Shown piece by piece: positions 18,701 through 26,099 of a stretch of 64,000 nucleotides of DNA (its first letter is position 1; each line of letters begins with the position of its first letter). The position numbers were made by a program, and so were the translations under genes. The stretch spans positions 14,699 through 78,698 of the forward strand of contig JAFGFB010000292.1 of assembly GCA_016931315.1 (NCBI GenBank), in the 5' to 3' direction. The notes under the pieces were generated by a model. It saw nothing but the letters and a program-made list of their open reading frames with translations. It had not been told where the DNA came from and did not search any database. The stretch comes from Anaerolineae bacterium. GTDB lineage: Bacteria > Chloroflexota > Anaerolineae > B4-G1 > SLSP01.

Positions 18701-19843
18701 GTCAAACACACGGCTGATCTGCTCATAAGCGCTCTTCAAAATTGTGTCGAGGTCGTGCGCGTCGGCAAAAGCCTGTTGCAGGTCACTGAGCACTGAGAGT
18801 TCTCGAAGGCGTCTTTGAGACTGCTCAGTAAGATAGAAGCTCTCAATGGCCGTTGCAAGCTGGTCAGCTAACATCTGCAACACAGTGACATCCTCATCCG
18901 AAAAAGCGGCGATTTTTTCTGATTGAACCGTCATCGCCCCCAACACCGCGGCATCTTGTCGTTGATGTTGGCGCCCAAGGAGGGGGAACGTCAATTTGCC
19001 AGTATCAGTTGGGCGGACACGTAGGTCCGCCCCAACACGCAGATCCGCCCCTACAACGGGGTATCTTTCCGACAGCTGCGCCACCTCGCCAGCTCCGGCA
19101 CGTAGGACAGCCCACTGCCCGGTGGGGGCCAACAGATACACACCGACGTAGTAAAGAGCCAAACGTTCCTGCACCATCGTCGCTACCTGCGATAACAACG
19201 AATCCAGGTCGGGTTCAGTCGGCATGAATGCCGCGGCAATGATGCGCGCGCCTTCTGCAGCGACCGCCAGGAGTTCAGCCTTGTGATGCACGCCAGCCAA
19301 TAAGCAGGCATTTTGGATAGCCGCCGCAGCCTGGCCGGCTAACATCTCGATCAGCACGATGTCTTCAGCCGTGAAATCAGGTTGCGCCATCGTGTTATGT
19401 ACGCTCAAAAGGCCCAATACTTGCTCGCCATGCAATAGCGGCACCACAACACACGAACCAATGTTCTTTTCCACACGGCGCCGGCGCACTGCGGGGGATT
19501 CGCGTGGGTCGCCAATAACCATAGCTTTCGCGGAAAAGGCAGTCTGGCGTTCATGCATAGCCCAGCCCGGTAAACCTTCTTTCAACGCAGCAAAATCAAG
19601 GGGATCACCGGGTGACGCATCACCATCTGCCCCAGCCCTGGCAATATGAGTTATTTGGGCCGCTTCAATATCCAACACATAGAGCACCACACTGTGGGCT
19701 TGTAACGCCTCAGCAGCGCCGGTCACAATCGCCTCAAACACACCGGGTGACGCGTCACCTTGTAAATCTTGCTGATCAATGACAGAGCGTGTCACACGAT
19801 AGAGCGTGCTAACGTATACTGGGTTAGTTAGTTCTTCACTCAT
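15701..19843 (-). CDS. S13: soluble multi-GAF + PAS protein with no recognisable output domain
   Basis: Preferred start is ATG 19843 (MSEELTNPVY), which overlaps the S12 stop by 8 nt (ATGAGTGA). The track start 19903 translates a REP element out of frame. Several GAFs, including FDYYYVGVFLADADRRLALLRAGTGEAGQRMLAAGHRLEIGGASMIG. PAS (VYFKDMELRFTRVNPAQAAMLG...GLVGISSDVTELK). AW/GY module (ESWREFLAKTQRARGYRYRG...VAVPIRVREQVIGVLNVRS). Stub REQLASTISGRVRAEVEVESLLERALRELSLALGVRRAAVEL. Confidence 0.88.
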   Translation of the reverse strand: MSEELTNPVYVSTLYRVTRSVIDQQDLQGDASPGVFEAIVTGAAEALQAHSVVLYVLDIEAAQITHIARAGADGDASPGDPLDFAALKEGLPGWAMHERQTAFSAKAMVIGDPRESPAVRRRRVEKNIGSCVVVPLLHGEQVLGLLSVHNTMAQPDFTAEDIVLIEMLAGQAAAAIQNACLLAGVHHKAELLAVAAEGARIIAAAFMPTEPDLDSLLSQVATMVQERLALYYVGVYLLAPTGQWAVLRAGAGEVAQLSERYPVVGADLRVGADLRVRPTDTGKLTFPLLGRQHQRQDAAVLGAMTVQSEKIAAFSDEDVTVLQMLADQLATAIESFYLTEQSQRRLRELSVLSDLQQAFADAHDLDTILKSAYEQISRVFDTQDFYIATYQEGRDEWTLAFQVAHGELQAPRVHKLGQGLTGYIIRNRRPLHLANLEENRAFMESQGLGLVGDEALSWLGVPLMTAGKVVGVMAIESYDTENLFTPSDQDLLSTIALQVANALESNRLLAEVEQRAVQLQTAAEVARATSSILDLQELLERSVILIRDRFDYYYVGVFLADADRRLALLRAGTGEAGQRMLAAGHRLEIGGASMIGACIRDAQARIALDVGVEAVRFDNPLLPETHSEMAVPLLRGDQAIGALTVQSSARGAFSENDVILMTTIADQLATALENARLFAESQRDAREVNLLYRAASELNASPDYAAILEALRQYTVLGETDIFASVERFDHPWTPDAPPAALAPLARWTNDIAEVVLNPEAFDAHYLLALFSAAQLVRPDVPALIPDLKRDDRLEASARRFFSERFKASALALVPLVAGGEWIGLLVAAYRQPHVFSGVEARILMNLAGQAAVALENRVRLEAISRKDVEQSALINNIPDTVYFKDMELRFTRVNPAQAAMLGVPDPEKAVGKTDLDFFVGPSAESAWEDDLRVIRDGQSIIGRLEHIVNREGQSRWFSATKIPMRDAKGQIIGLVGISSDVTELKSIQDTAQQRAAKLQQAALISRTLSALLDAAELLPQTVTEIQERLGYPGVAIFLQTEPSVGADLSVRPQEVAPLWLVLRAAGGARAAEHLAGDVRLALPGESSAALCVMRREPQLTESVSISLLVPQDEAGGVTEVALPLLRGSQTLGALCIQSASADAFSADDVAMLQTVADQLANALEISRLLQEADRNVHQLEAVMGTYTLESWREFLAKTQRARGYRYRGFEPEVATEPVNVVPNASAPNAVTAVLGTAVLSAESQQALREGRSVTLQPSPGGPPPDAENSPAEGVTTVAVPIRVREQVIGVLNVRSRGGELAPDALTLLEEAGSRLGQALETARLLEDTRARATREQLASTISGRVRAEVEVESLLERALRELSLALGVRRAAVELEVEE
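16124..16153. repeat. 15-nt tandem repeat (2 units) in an S13 linker
   Basis: gagtacagcggtgcc followed by gagtacagcggtgac. It encodes TAVLGTAVLSA on the minus strand. Confidence 0.85.
16685..16709. repeat. REP-like hairpin element, in frame inside S13
   Basis: tgggcggacactcagatccgcccca. Arms GGGCGGA and TCCGCCC pair. It encodes VGADLSVRPQ on the minus strand. Confidence 0.85.
19009..19054. repeat. REP-like hairpin element with a duplicated half, in frame inside S13
   Basis: ttgggcggacacgtaggtccgccccaacacgcagatccgcccctac. It encodes VVGADLRVGADLRVRPT on the minus strand. Confidence 0.85.
19606..19624. repeat. palindromic GDASPG element (slightly degenerate copy)
   Basis: caccgggtgacgcatcacc. 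It encodes DGDASPGD within the first GAF of S13. Confidence 0.8.
19741..19759. repeat. palindromic GDASPG element
   Basis: caccgggtgacgcgtcacc contains the perfect 14-nt palindrome GGTGACGCGTCACC. It encodes QGDASPGV near the S13 N-terminus. Confidence 0.85.
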
Positions 19844-21368
19844 AGCTCTCACCTTGAGGGGCCTCAGTTGGGCGGACACGCAGGTCCGCCCCCACCGAAC
19901 CAACGGCGGAATCTGCGGGCGCGGATGGTTCCAGGAAGACCATTACTTCATCAAGGTCGAGTAGGCGTCCAAGGTCCACAACCGCTTGTTGTAACAACGC
20001 ATCCACATCAAATGAACGCCCAAAGCGTACGGATAGATCGCCCAATACTTGCTGGCGCTGCGCCTGGCGTTGGGTTTCCTCAACCAGACGCAGGGTTTCC
20101 AGCGTCTGTCCCAACTGATCCATGACCGACTCAAGCAACGCCAACTCTTCAGCCGTCCAGGGATTGCCATCGGAGCGACGAGCACTGATGGCTCCGACGA
20201 CCTCATCACGCACTGCAATGGGAAGGGCCAATTCTCCGGATGCCACCACGGTGCTGCGTTGTCCCAAACGGTGCAACTTCGCCGCCTCCGCCATCAGCGG
20301 AGACCAGGGCGTTGGCGTTGAGTCCGTGGGGTCCAACGCAAGTTGAATCGTGGACACTTCTCCACCGCTGGCGCGAAAACCACGACGCCCCTGCCCGCCC
20401 TCCAAAAACATCGTCCAGGCTTCCTGAAGGTAGCGTTGCTGCACCACCCGCAATTCAGTCAAAGTCGTCACCAAGGTCTCAACCGTCCGGTTCAACCGGG
20501 CGCCCAGAGCAAGCAGCGCCGGACTGACCACACGATTCGCCATCGCTTCCATATCAAGGCGGGCGTCAAAATCGCCCTCCTCCACACGTCCCAGAAAGGC
20601 GGTGTACTCCTGCACACTCTGTTGCAGCTGCTCGACGGTGCTTAACACTTGCTGCCGGGCATCGCTTTCAGCCCGGGCGGCCAACTCTGCACTCTGCAAT
20701 GCTTCAGCCAATTCCTCGCCGCGTTGGTGTGCTGCCAACAAACCTGCTTCCGTCAACCCCACGAAAACCGCCAGCAGTGCTACCGTGACGCCCAAACAAA
20801 TGAGCAACATTCCCATGGTCAACAACCGCCCCACAACAGGGGTCAGAGGGTAAGGAACCAACAAACCAGAACTCTGCAGCGCAACCCACACACCGGCAAG
20901 ACCTAACACTCCCAGAGCCGAACCCAAAGCGGCGCCACGACCACTGATCAATGCGGCAATGATGATCAAAGGCCCAAAAGCCAGGCTCATGGGTCCGGTA
21001 GGCCCACCCAAGAAATAGGAGAGGGTAAGAATAATCAAACCAGTGGTGACCAGATAAATGCGCGAAGCCCACTCCACGGCCCCCCGGGCACGCGCCCACC
21101 GGACCAGAATCACCAACGCTACGTAAACCCCCAGGAGCGGCAATACCGTCAACAGCGGGAAATCCAAAGCCAGTTGCGATGCCAGGAAGGAAAACAAGAT
21201 CAACACAACCACCGCGACGAAGGTGAAACGCGTAACCATCAAAAGCGACTGTGACTTACGGGCAGCAGTCTGCTCCAGAATGGTATGGGCGCTTGCGGCG
21301 CTGGGACCAGGCCTGGTGGAACCAGGGCTTACGGCGTTGTGATCAACGGGATCAACATTGGTGCTCAT
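19836..21368 (-). CDS. S12: minimal family member (polytopic membrane block + HAMP-like linker + AW/GY module + stub, no canonical GAF)
   Basis: Preferred start is ATG 21368, overlapping the S11 stop (TGATG), with GGAGGAGG upstream. The track uses TTG 21371. About 6 TM helices. Linker FLGRVEEGDFDARLDMEAM...LGARLNRTVETL. Module YLQEAWTMFLEGGQGRRGFRASGG...LALPIAVRDEVVGAISARRSDGNPWTAEE. Stub RQQVLGDLSVRFGRSFDVDALLQQAVVDLGRLLDLDEVMVFL. Confidence 0.85.
   Translation of the reverse strand: MSTNVDPVDHNAVSPGSTRPGPSAASAHTILEQTAARKSQSLLMVTRFTFVAVVVLILFSFLASQLALDFPLLTVLPLLGVYVALVILVRWARARGAVEWASRIYLVTTGLIILTLSYFLGGPTGPMSLAFGPLIIIAALISGRGAALGSALGVLGLAGVWVALQSSGLLVPYPLTPVVGRLLTMGMLLICLGVTVALLAVFVGLTEAGLLAAHQRGEELAEALQSAELAARAESDARQQVLSTVEQLQQSVQEYTAFLGRVEEGDFDARLDMEAMANRVVSPALLALGARLNRTVETLVTTLTELRVVQQRYLQEAWTMFLEGGQGRRGFRASGGEVSTIQLALDPTDSTPTPWSPLMAEAAKLHRLGQRSTVVASGELALPIAVRDEVVGAISARRSDGNPWTAEELALLESVMDQLGQTLETLRLVEETQRQAQRQQVLGDLSVRFGRSFDVDALLQQAVVDLGRLLDLDEVMVFLEPSAPADSAVGSVGADLRVRPTEAPQGESYE
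19868..19895. repeat. REP-like hairpin element, in frame in the S12 C-terminal tail
   Basis: gttgggcggacacgcaggtccgccccca. It has an 8-bp stem (GGGCGGAC/GTCCGCCC) and a 6-nt loop. It encodes VGADLRVRPT on the minus strand. Confidence 0.9.
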
Positions 21369-23689
21369 CAAACCTCCTCCCCCACCGACGGCGGCGCCGG
21401 AAACGGCGCTTGGACCAACGGGCCCAACTGCGCCACCAACTCAGCCGCACCGAGTACACGGCTCATATCGCTTAGCGCACGCTGCAGTGCCTGCTCAACA
21501 GATGCAGAGGCACGAATGTTATCTACGATTTGGCCCACCAGGCGCTCGCGTTCACTGCGGCGGAGGGTATCCTCAAAGAGCCGCGCGTTATCCAACGCCA
21601 ACGCTGCCTGCTCGGTGAGCGTTTGCACCAGTTCCAACTCCTCTTGAGTCCAGGGACGCTCAGGAGAACGTTCCAGTTCCAGCGTGGCCAAGACCTGATC
21701 GCGCAGGGTGATATTGGCCGCAACAGCGTTGGGTAGAACGGTGTTGGGGGCGCTAACGGCGCTTACGGGTATAGGCGAGACGGTTTGCCCCTCAAAGCGG
21801 TAAGCCGACAAGCCGCGGCGTTTGCGTTCCGCCCACGCTGTTCGCGTTTCCTGGCCAAAGGCACGCTCCATGCGAGACAGCGCCGCCTCACTTTCCTCCA
21901 GGAGGCGAACATTGTCCAGCGCCAGCGCCAGTTGCTCAGCCATGGTCTGCAATACGGTGACGTCCTCTTCAGAAAAAGCCTCAGGCTCAGTGGATTGCAC
22001 ATCCAAAACACCGATAACCTGCCCCCGCGCACGCAGAGGCAACCCCAGCTCCGATCTTGTATTGGGCAAATCGGGGTTGTTGAACCACACTGCATCCGCT
22101 CCAACATCAAGGGCAATTCGCGGTCGCCCAGTGACCAAAACCGAACCCACAATGCCCACGCCCGCATCCAGACGGTGCCCGCGCGCCAACATGCGCTGCC
22201 CGCCCTCGGAAGAGGCTGCGCGCAGTTGAGCGTAAGTTCCCGCAGCATTTGCCAGAAAAATGCCCGCATGATAGTAGCCAAAGCGATCGGAGATGAGGTT
22301 GACCATGGAATCCAGCAAGGCATCCTCGTCGTGAATCGAAGCGACATCCCGCGCCACTTCTGCCGCCAGCTGCAACTGCTGCGTGCGTTTGCTGAGATCA
22401 CGTGTGCGGGCATCAACCCGCTCCTCCAAAGAGGCGCGGGTCTCCAGCAATTCCGCATTGCTGACCCGCAACGCAGCCTCGATGCGACGACGGCGGGCAG
22501 CGCTGATGGACTGCGCGACAACCGTACCCACAAGGACAAGACCTACCGCTGACAGGGGCCAGATCACAGCCCCATATTGCTCGATGAAGGCAAGCGGACG
22601 GTTAATGATCTCACTATTCACGGGCAGCGTGGCCGTATCAATGTTGAATTTCTGCAACTGGTCATAGTCAAACATATAACGGTTGGGGCTTTCCCATTGA
22701 ATGGGAATATCGCCGGCGGCGCTGCCTTCCAGAATCCGCTGCGCTTTGAAGGCTGCGGCTTCGCCCTGAGAGAAGGCGTTGGTCAATTTGCCGCCGACCA
22801 TGCCACGCCCGAGGTAGAAATCCCACAAGCCGTAAATGGGCGCCTTGGTGTTGGCGTAGATCAGGTCAATAGCCTGCTCATAGGTGTAGAAACGTTGGGA
22901 GCGGTCGCGATTGAAGAGAATCAAGAGGACCAGGTTATCTTCAGTAAGGTTGCGCAAGGCGACCTCAAGGGCGCGCACATCGGTGTTCTCGTAGTAGACG
23001 AAGTTGACGCGATCCTCATAATCCTGAGCTACCTCGCGGAAGAGGCGGGAGTAGACCAAACCGGTGGTGGTGCCATCATTGACGACGAGAATCTCGCGAG
23101 TTTGGGGCCGCTGGGCGAGCGCGACATCCAGAGTGGCGCGAACATCCACGCTCTCTACCACGCCGGTGAACTGCGTGCGCTTACCCTCCAACATAACATC
23201 TTCAAAGAGATTGACACCGCAAAAGACCACGGGCACATCGGGGAAAAGCCGGTCGTGATATTCGAGCATGAAATTGAAGGCGTCATTATCGGCAACAATG
23301 ATGACATCGAATTTCACACCGTGATATTTCTGCTTATAGAGCTCGTAGAGGCGTTCATAATACGCAGCATCCGGCACAAGGCGCTTGGTATCCATATACT
23401 CCAGGTAGAGTTCAACTGCTGCGGCGCCACTGGGTGGCGCGGCCCCTTCGGAGGCAGCTGGATTGAGGACGGAGGTAATGCCACGGACAATATTATCACT
23501 CCAACTCAAACCCTGGTTGTAAGCATTGAGCACCAGGATATTCTTGGGCAGCTCATCCGTGGCTGTCTGGGCGGAGGCGCCGGAGGGCTGTGTGGACCAC
23601 ACAGAAGCCAACAGCAGCAAGCACAAAGCCAACGCTGGCCCTAGACGCAGCTTGCGCCTGTGCAAGAGCAAGTATTTTTTATCTACCAT
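21368..23689 (-). CDS. S11: periplasmic binding-fold (ABC_sub_bind-like) + TM + GAF sensor protein with no recognisable output domain
   Basis: ATG 23689 has TAGGAGAG upstream. Signal/TM LALCLLLLASVW. Periplasmic domain NILVLNAYNQGLSWSDNIVRGI...GGKLTNAFSQGEAAAFKAQRILEG, then a TM. GAF FGYYHAGIFLANAAGTYAQLRAASSEGGQRMLARGHRLDAG. Second module (TAWAERKRRGLSAYRFEG...NITLRDQVLATLELERSPERPWTQEE). Stub RERLVGQIVDNIRASASVEQALQRALSDMSRVLGAAELVAQL. Confidence 0.88.
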   Translation of the reverse strand: MVDKKYLLLHRRKLRLGPALALCLLLLASVWSTQPSGASAQTATDELPKNILVLNAYNQGLSWSDNIVRGITSVLNPAASEGAAPPSGAAAVELYLEYMDTKRLVPDAAYYERLYELYKQKYHGVKFDVIIVADNDAFNFMLEYHDRLFPDVPVVFCGVNLFEDVMLEGKRTQFTGVVESVDVRATLDVALAQRPQTREILVVNDGTTTGLVYSRLFREVAQDYEDRVNFVYYENTDVRALEVALRNLTEDNLVLLILFNRDRSQRFYTYEQAIDLIYANTKAPIYGLWDFYLGRGMVGGKLTNAFSQGEAAAFKAQRILEGSAAGDIPIQWESPNRYMFDYDQLQKFNIDTATLPVNSEIINRPLAFIEQYGAVIWPLSAVGLVLVGTVVAQSISAARRRRIEAALRVSNAELLETRASLEERVDARTRDLSKRTQQLQLAAEVARDVASIHDEDALLDSMVNLISDRFGYYHAGIFLANAAGTYAQLRAASSEGGQRMLARGHRLDAGVGIVGSVLVTGRPRIALDVGADAVWFNNPDLPNTRSELGLPLRARGQVIGVLDVQSTEPEAFSEEDVTVLQTMAEQLALALDNVRLLEESEAALSRMERAFGQETRTAWAERKRRGLSAYRFEGQTVSPIPVSAVSAPNTVLPNAVAANITLRDQVLATLELERSPERPWTQEELELVQTLTEQAALALDNARLFEDTLRRSERERLVGQIVDNIRASASVEQALQRALSDMSRVLGAAELVAQLGPLVQAPFPAPPSVGEEV

Positions 23690-23727
23690 GGACGCTCTCC
23701 TAAGAGTTGACTCAACTCACGCATCTC

Positions 23728-26046
23728 TTAATGCCTGGGTCCACGCTGAAGCGTGGCGCTCCCCGCCGGTCCCACCGCCGGTCCCACCGCCGGTCCCACC
23801 GCCTCATCCGCAGCCAATGGCGTCATGCGAATGGTCGCTGCTGCGCCAAGCGCTTGCCCCAGCTCTCGAATCGTTGCCTGCAAGACGGTTTCCACATCCC
23901 GAGAAGCACGCAAGCGACCTGAAACTTCGGAAACCAGTCGCTCACGCATAGCACGACGTTGGGATTCTTCGTATAGGCGAGCGCTTTCCACAGCCACATT
24001 CAACTGGTCCACCAGAGATTGTAACAAGGTGATTTCTTCTGGTAGCCACGCCGACCCATCTTTCTTGCGCCCATCAATGACGCCAACGGCTTGCTCACGT
24101 ACAAGAATGGGAATAGCGAGGGTGACTCCGGACTCGCCCGCCACGATTTTGCCAGACTCCAAAGCGGTCTGCATCTCGGGACGCCACTCGTCGCCAACAC
24201 GGCGCGTCGCGCGCCGATCGCTGACATAGCCCAGATTGGATGACGCCAGAAGTAACTGCTGCCAAGCCGCATAGGTCATTTCGCCATAGGCACGTCGCTC
24301 TGCCGCCAAACCCTCCTGCACTTGCGCAAACAAGCGCGCGTTAGTAATCACCGCGGCTACCTGATCGGCTACGGTCTGCATGGTCCGAATATCATCTTGC
24401 TCAAACGCGGCCATGCGCTGGCTTTGAATCGTCATCGCGCCGATAACCTCGCCACGCACACGTAAAGGAAGCGCCATTTCGGAACGTGTCTCAGGGAGGT
24501 GGGGATTATCAAAGTGCACTGGCGCGTCACCCGGTCTCACCGCCACATCCAGCTGGATATCAGCTTTTCCAGTGGCAACACAGCGCCCAATCATGGATTG
24601 CCCGCCAACTCGCAGCTCCCAACCCTGCGCCAACATCGCGCGGCCAGCATCGCCGGTTCCCGCACGCAACACCGCAAACTCGCGCGACTCATCGAGCAAG
24701 AACAAGCCCGCGTAGTACAAGTCGAAGCGCTGCTGCACCAGTTCCACCACAGTTGGAAGGAGGACGTCCAAATCAACGATTTCAGTAGTGGCGCGTGAAA
24801 CCTCAGCTGCCGCTTCCAGCAAAGTAGCCCGTTGGCGCAACGCTTCGGTACGCTCTTGAACACGCTCTTCCAACAAAGCGCTAGTATTCTGCAACTCAGT
24901 CAAACTTTGAGCGAGCTGCGCCTCTACCCGGCGGCGGCGGAAAATGTTGAATACCAGAATAGCAATTGCCACTGCTAACACCAGGAAACTGGCGCCGACA
25001 ATCCACACAATCTGAGCATACTGCTCGAAAAACGAGAAAGGTTTGTTGAGCACAAAGCTGTCGTCTGGCAAAGCGGATTCAGCAATACCCCAGCGTTGCA
25101 ACTGCTCATAATCGAACATATAACGCGCTGCGGGTTCCTGCACCACCGGAATATTCTGCGGAGACTCGCCGTTCAAAACCCGCACGGCAAGTTGCGCCGC
25201 CCGCTCACCTTCAGTTGCACCACTGGTTAGTTCGCCTCCAACAATGCCATAGCCCAGGCTAAAGTCCCAGAGGCCATACACCGGCACCGTACTACTTTTG
25301 GAGACCAGGGGCGTGAAAACATCATACTCAAAGAAACCACCAGCATTATCGCGGAAGAAAATTGTCAACAATACCAGGCTATCGGATGATAGTTGGCTCA
25401 GCTGCAAACGCAGATTATCCATGGAGATATCCTCAAGATAGGTAAATGCGATCTCCGGATAATCCCCTTCTAGAACAGCCAGGCGCTCGTGTACACGTTG
25501 CCCGGTTACAGTTGTATCATTGACCACTACAATTCGACGAGTCTGTGGATGCAATTCCAACGCCAGGTCAATTGTGCCCTGTGCGTCAGCCAGCTCGCTC
25601 ACACCGGTGAAATTTGGATAACCTTCCAGGCGTGTCACATCGAAGTAATTCGCCCCAGAAAAGACTACGGGAACATCCGGAAACAAATCTTGGGCATATT
25701 CGAACAGGAAATTCAGTGCAGCATCGTCAGATGATATCACCAAATCGGGTGGTCTTGAACCATATTTGACCTTGTATAGCTGGTAGAGTTCTTCCATATA
25801 CTCAGGGCTATCCAACCGTTTGGTGTCCATGTATTCAACCAACAGATCAACATTCTGCCCGGGTTCCTTGAACACGGTTTCGAGGCCCTGGGTGATATCA
25901 TCCGAGAACTTGTAGCCGCGATGATAGGAGTTCAGGTATAGTACTCGCCGACGTGGCGCATCTTCGGCTTGCGACAATCCTGCCACCGGAATCAGCACCA
26001 AACTAAATACCATGCCGATAATTGCAAGTTTAACCAGTGCCCTCAT
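23728..26046 (-). CDS. S10: periplasmic binding-fold (ABC_sub_bind-like) + TM + GAF sensor protein with no recognisable output domain
   Basis: ATG 26046 has GGAGGAA upstream. Same architecture as S11 (RVLYLNSYHRGYKFSDDITQGL...GGELTSGATEGERAAQLAVRVLNG). GAF FDLYYAGLFLLDESREFAVLRAGTGDAGRAMLAQGWELRVGGQSMIG. Module YAAWQQLLLASSNLGYVSD...LAIPILVREQAVGVIDGRKKDGSAWLPEE. Stub RERLVSEVSGRLRASRDVETVLQATIRELGQALGAAATIRM. Confidence 0.88.
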   Translation of the reverse strand: MRALVKLAIIGMVFSLVLIPVAGLSQAEDAPRRRVLYLNSYHRGYKFSDDITQGLETVFKEPGQNVDLLVEYMDTKRLDSPEYMEELYQLYKVKYGSRPPDLVISSDDAALNFLFEYAQDLFPDVPVVFSGANYFDVTRLEGYPNFTGVSELADAQGTIDLALELHPQTRRIVVVNDTTVTGQRVHERLAVLEGDYPEIAFTYLEDISMDNLRLQLSQLSSDSLVLLTIFFRDNAGGFFEYDVFTPLVSKSSTVPVYGLWDFSLGYGIVGGELTSGATEGERAAQLAVRVLNGESPQNIPVVQEPAARYMFDYEQLQRWGIAESALPDDSFVLNKPFSFFEQYAQIVWIVGASFLVLAVAIAILVFNIFRRRRVEAQLAQSLTELQNTSALLEERVQERTEALRQRATLLEAAAEVSRATTEIVDLDVLLPTVVELVQQRFDLYYAGLFLLDESREFAVLRAGTGDAGRAMLAQGWELRVGGQSMIGRCVATGKADIQLDVAVRPGDAPVHFDNPHLPETRSEMALPLRVRGEVIGAMTIQSQRMAAFEQDDIRTMQTVADQVAAVITNARLFAQVQEGLAAERRAYGEMTYAAWQQLLLASSNLGYVSDRRATRRVGDEWRPEMQTALESGKIVAGESGVTLAIPILVREQAVGVIDGRKKDGSAWLPEEITLLQSLVDQLNVAVESARLYEESQRRAMRERLVSEVSGRLRASRDVETVLQATIRELGQALGAAATIRMTPLAADEAVGPAVGPAVGPAGSATLQRGPRH
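23773..23813. repeat. 12-nt tandem repeat (3.4 units) in the S10 C-terminal tail
   Basis: ccgccggtccca occurs three times, followed by ccgcc. It encodes AVGPAVGPAVGPAG on the minus strand. Confidence 0.9.
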
Positions 26047-26070
26047 TCAATTCCTCCATCGGTGGTTGGA

Positions 26071-26099
26071 CCGCCGGTCATGCCGCCGGTCATGCCGCC
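26071..26099. repeat. 12-nt tandem repeat (2.4 units) spanning the S9 stop and the S9/S10 spacer
   Basis: ccgccggtcatg occurs twice, followed by ccgcc. It shares the ccgccggtc core with the S10 tail repeat at 23773-23813. Confidence 0.85.

Noticed and set aside
19844-19903. N-terminal extension MVRWGRTCVSAQLRPLKVRA of the S13 track ORF.
   Set aside because: It reads the REP element at 19868-19895 in a frame different from the one used in the S12 tail. It would overlap S12 by 68 nt. ATG 19843 gives the usual short overlap.
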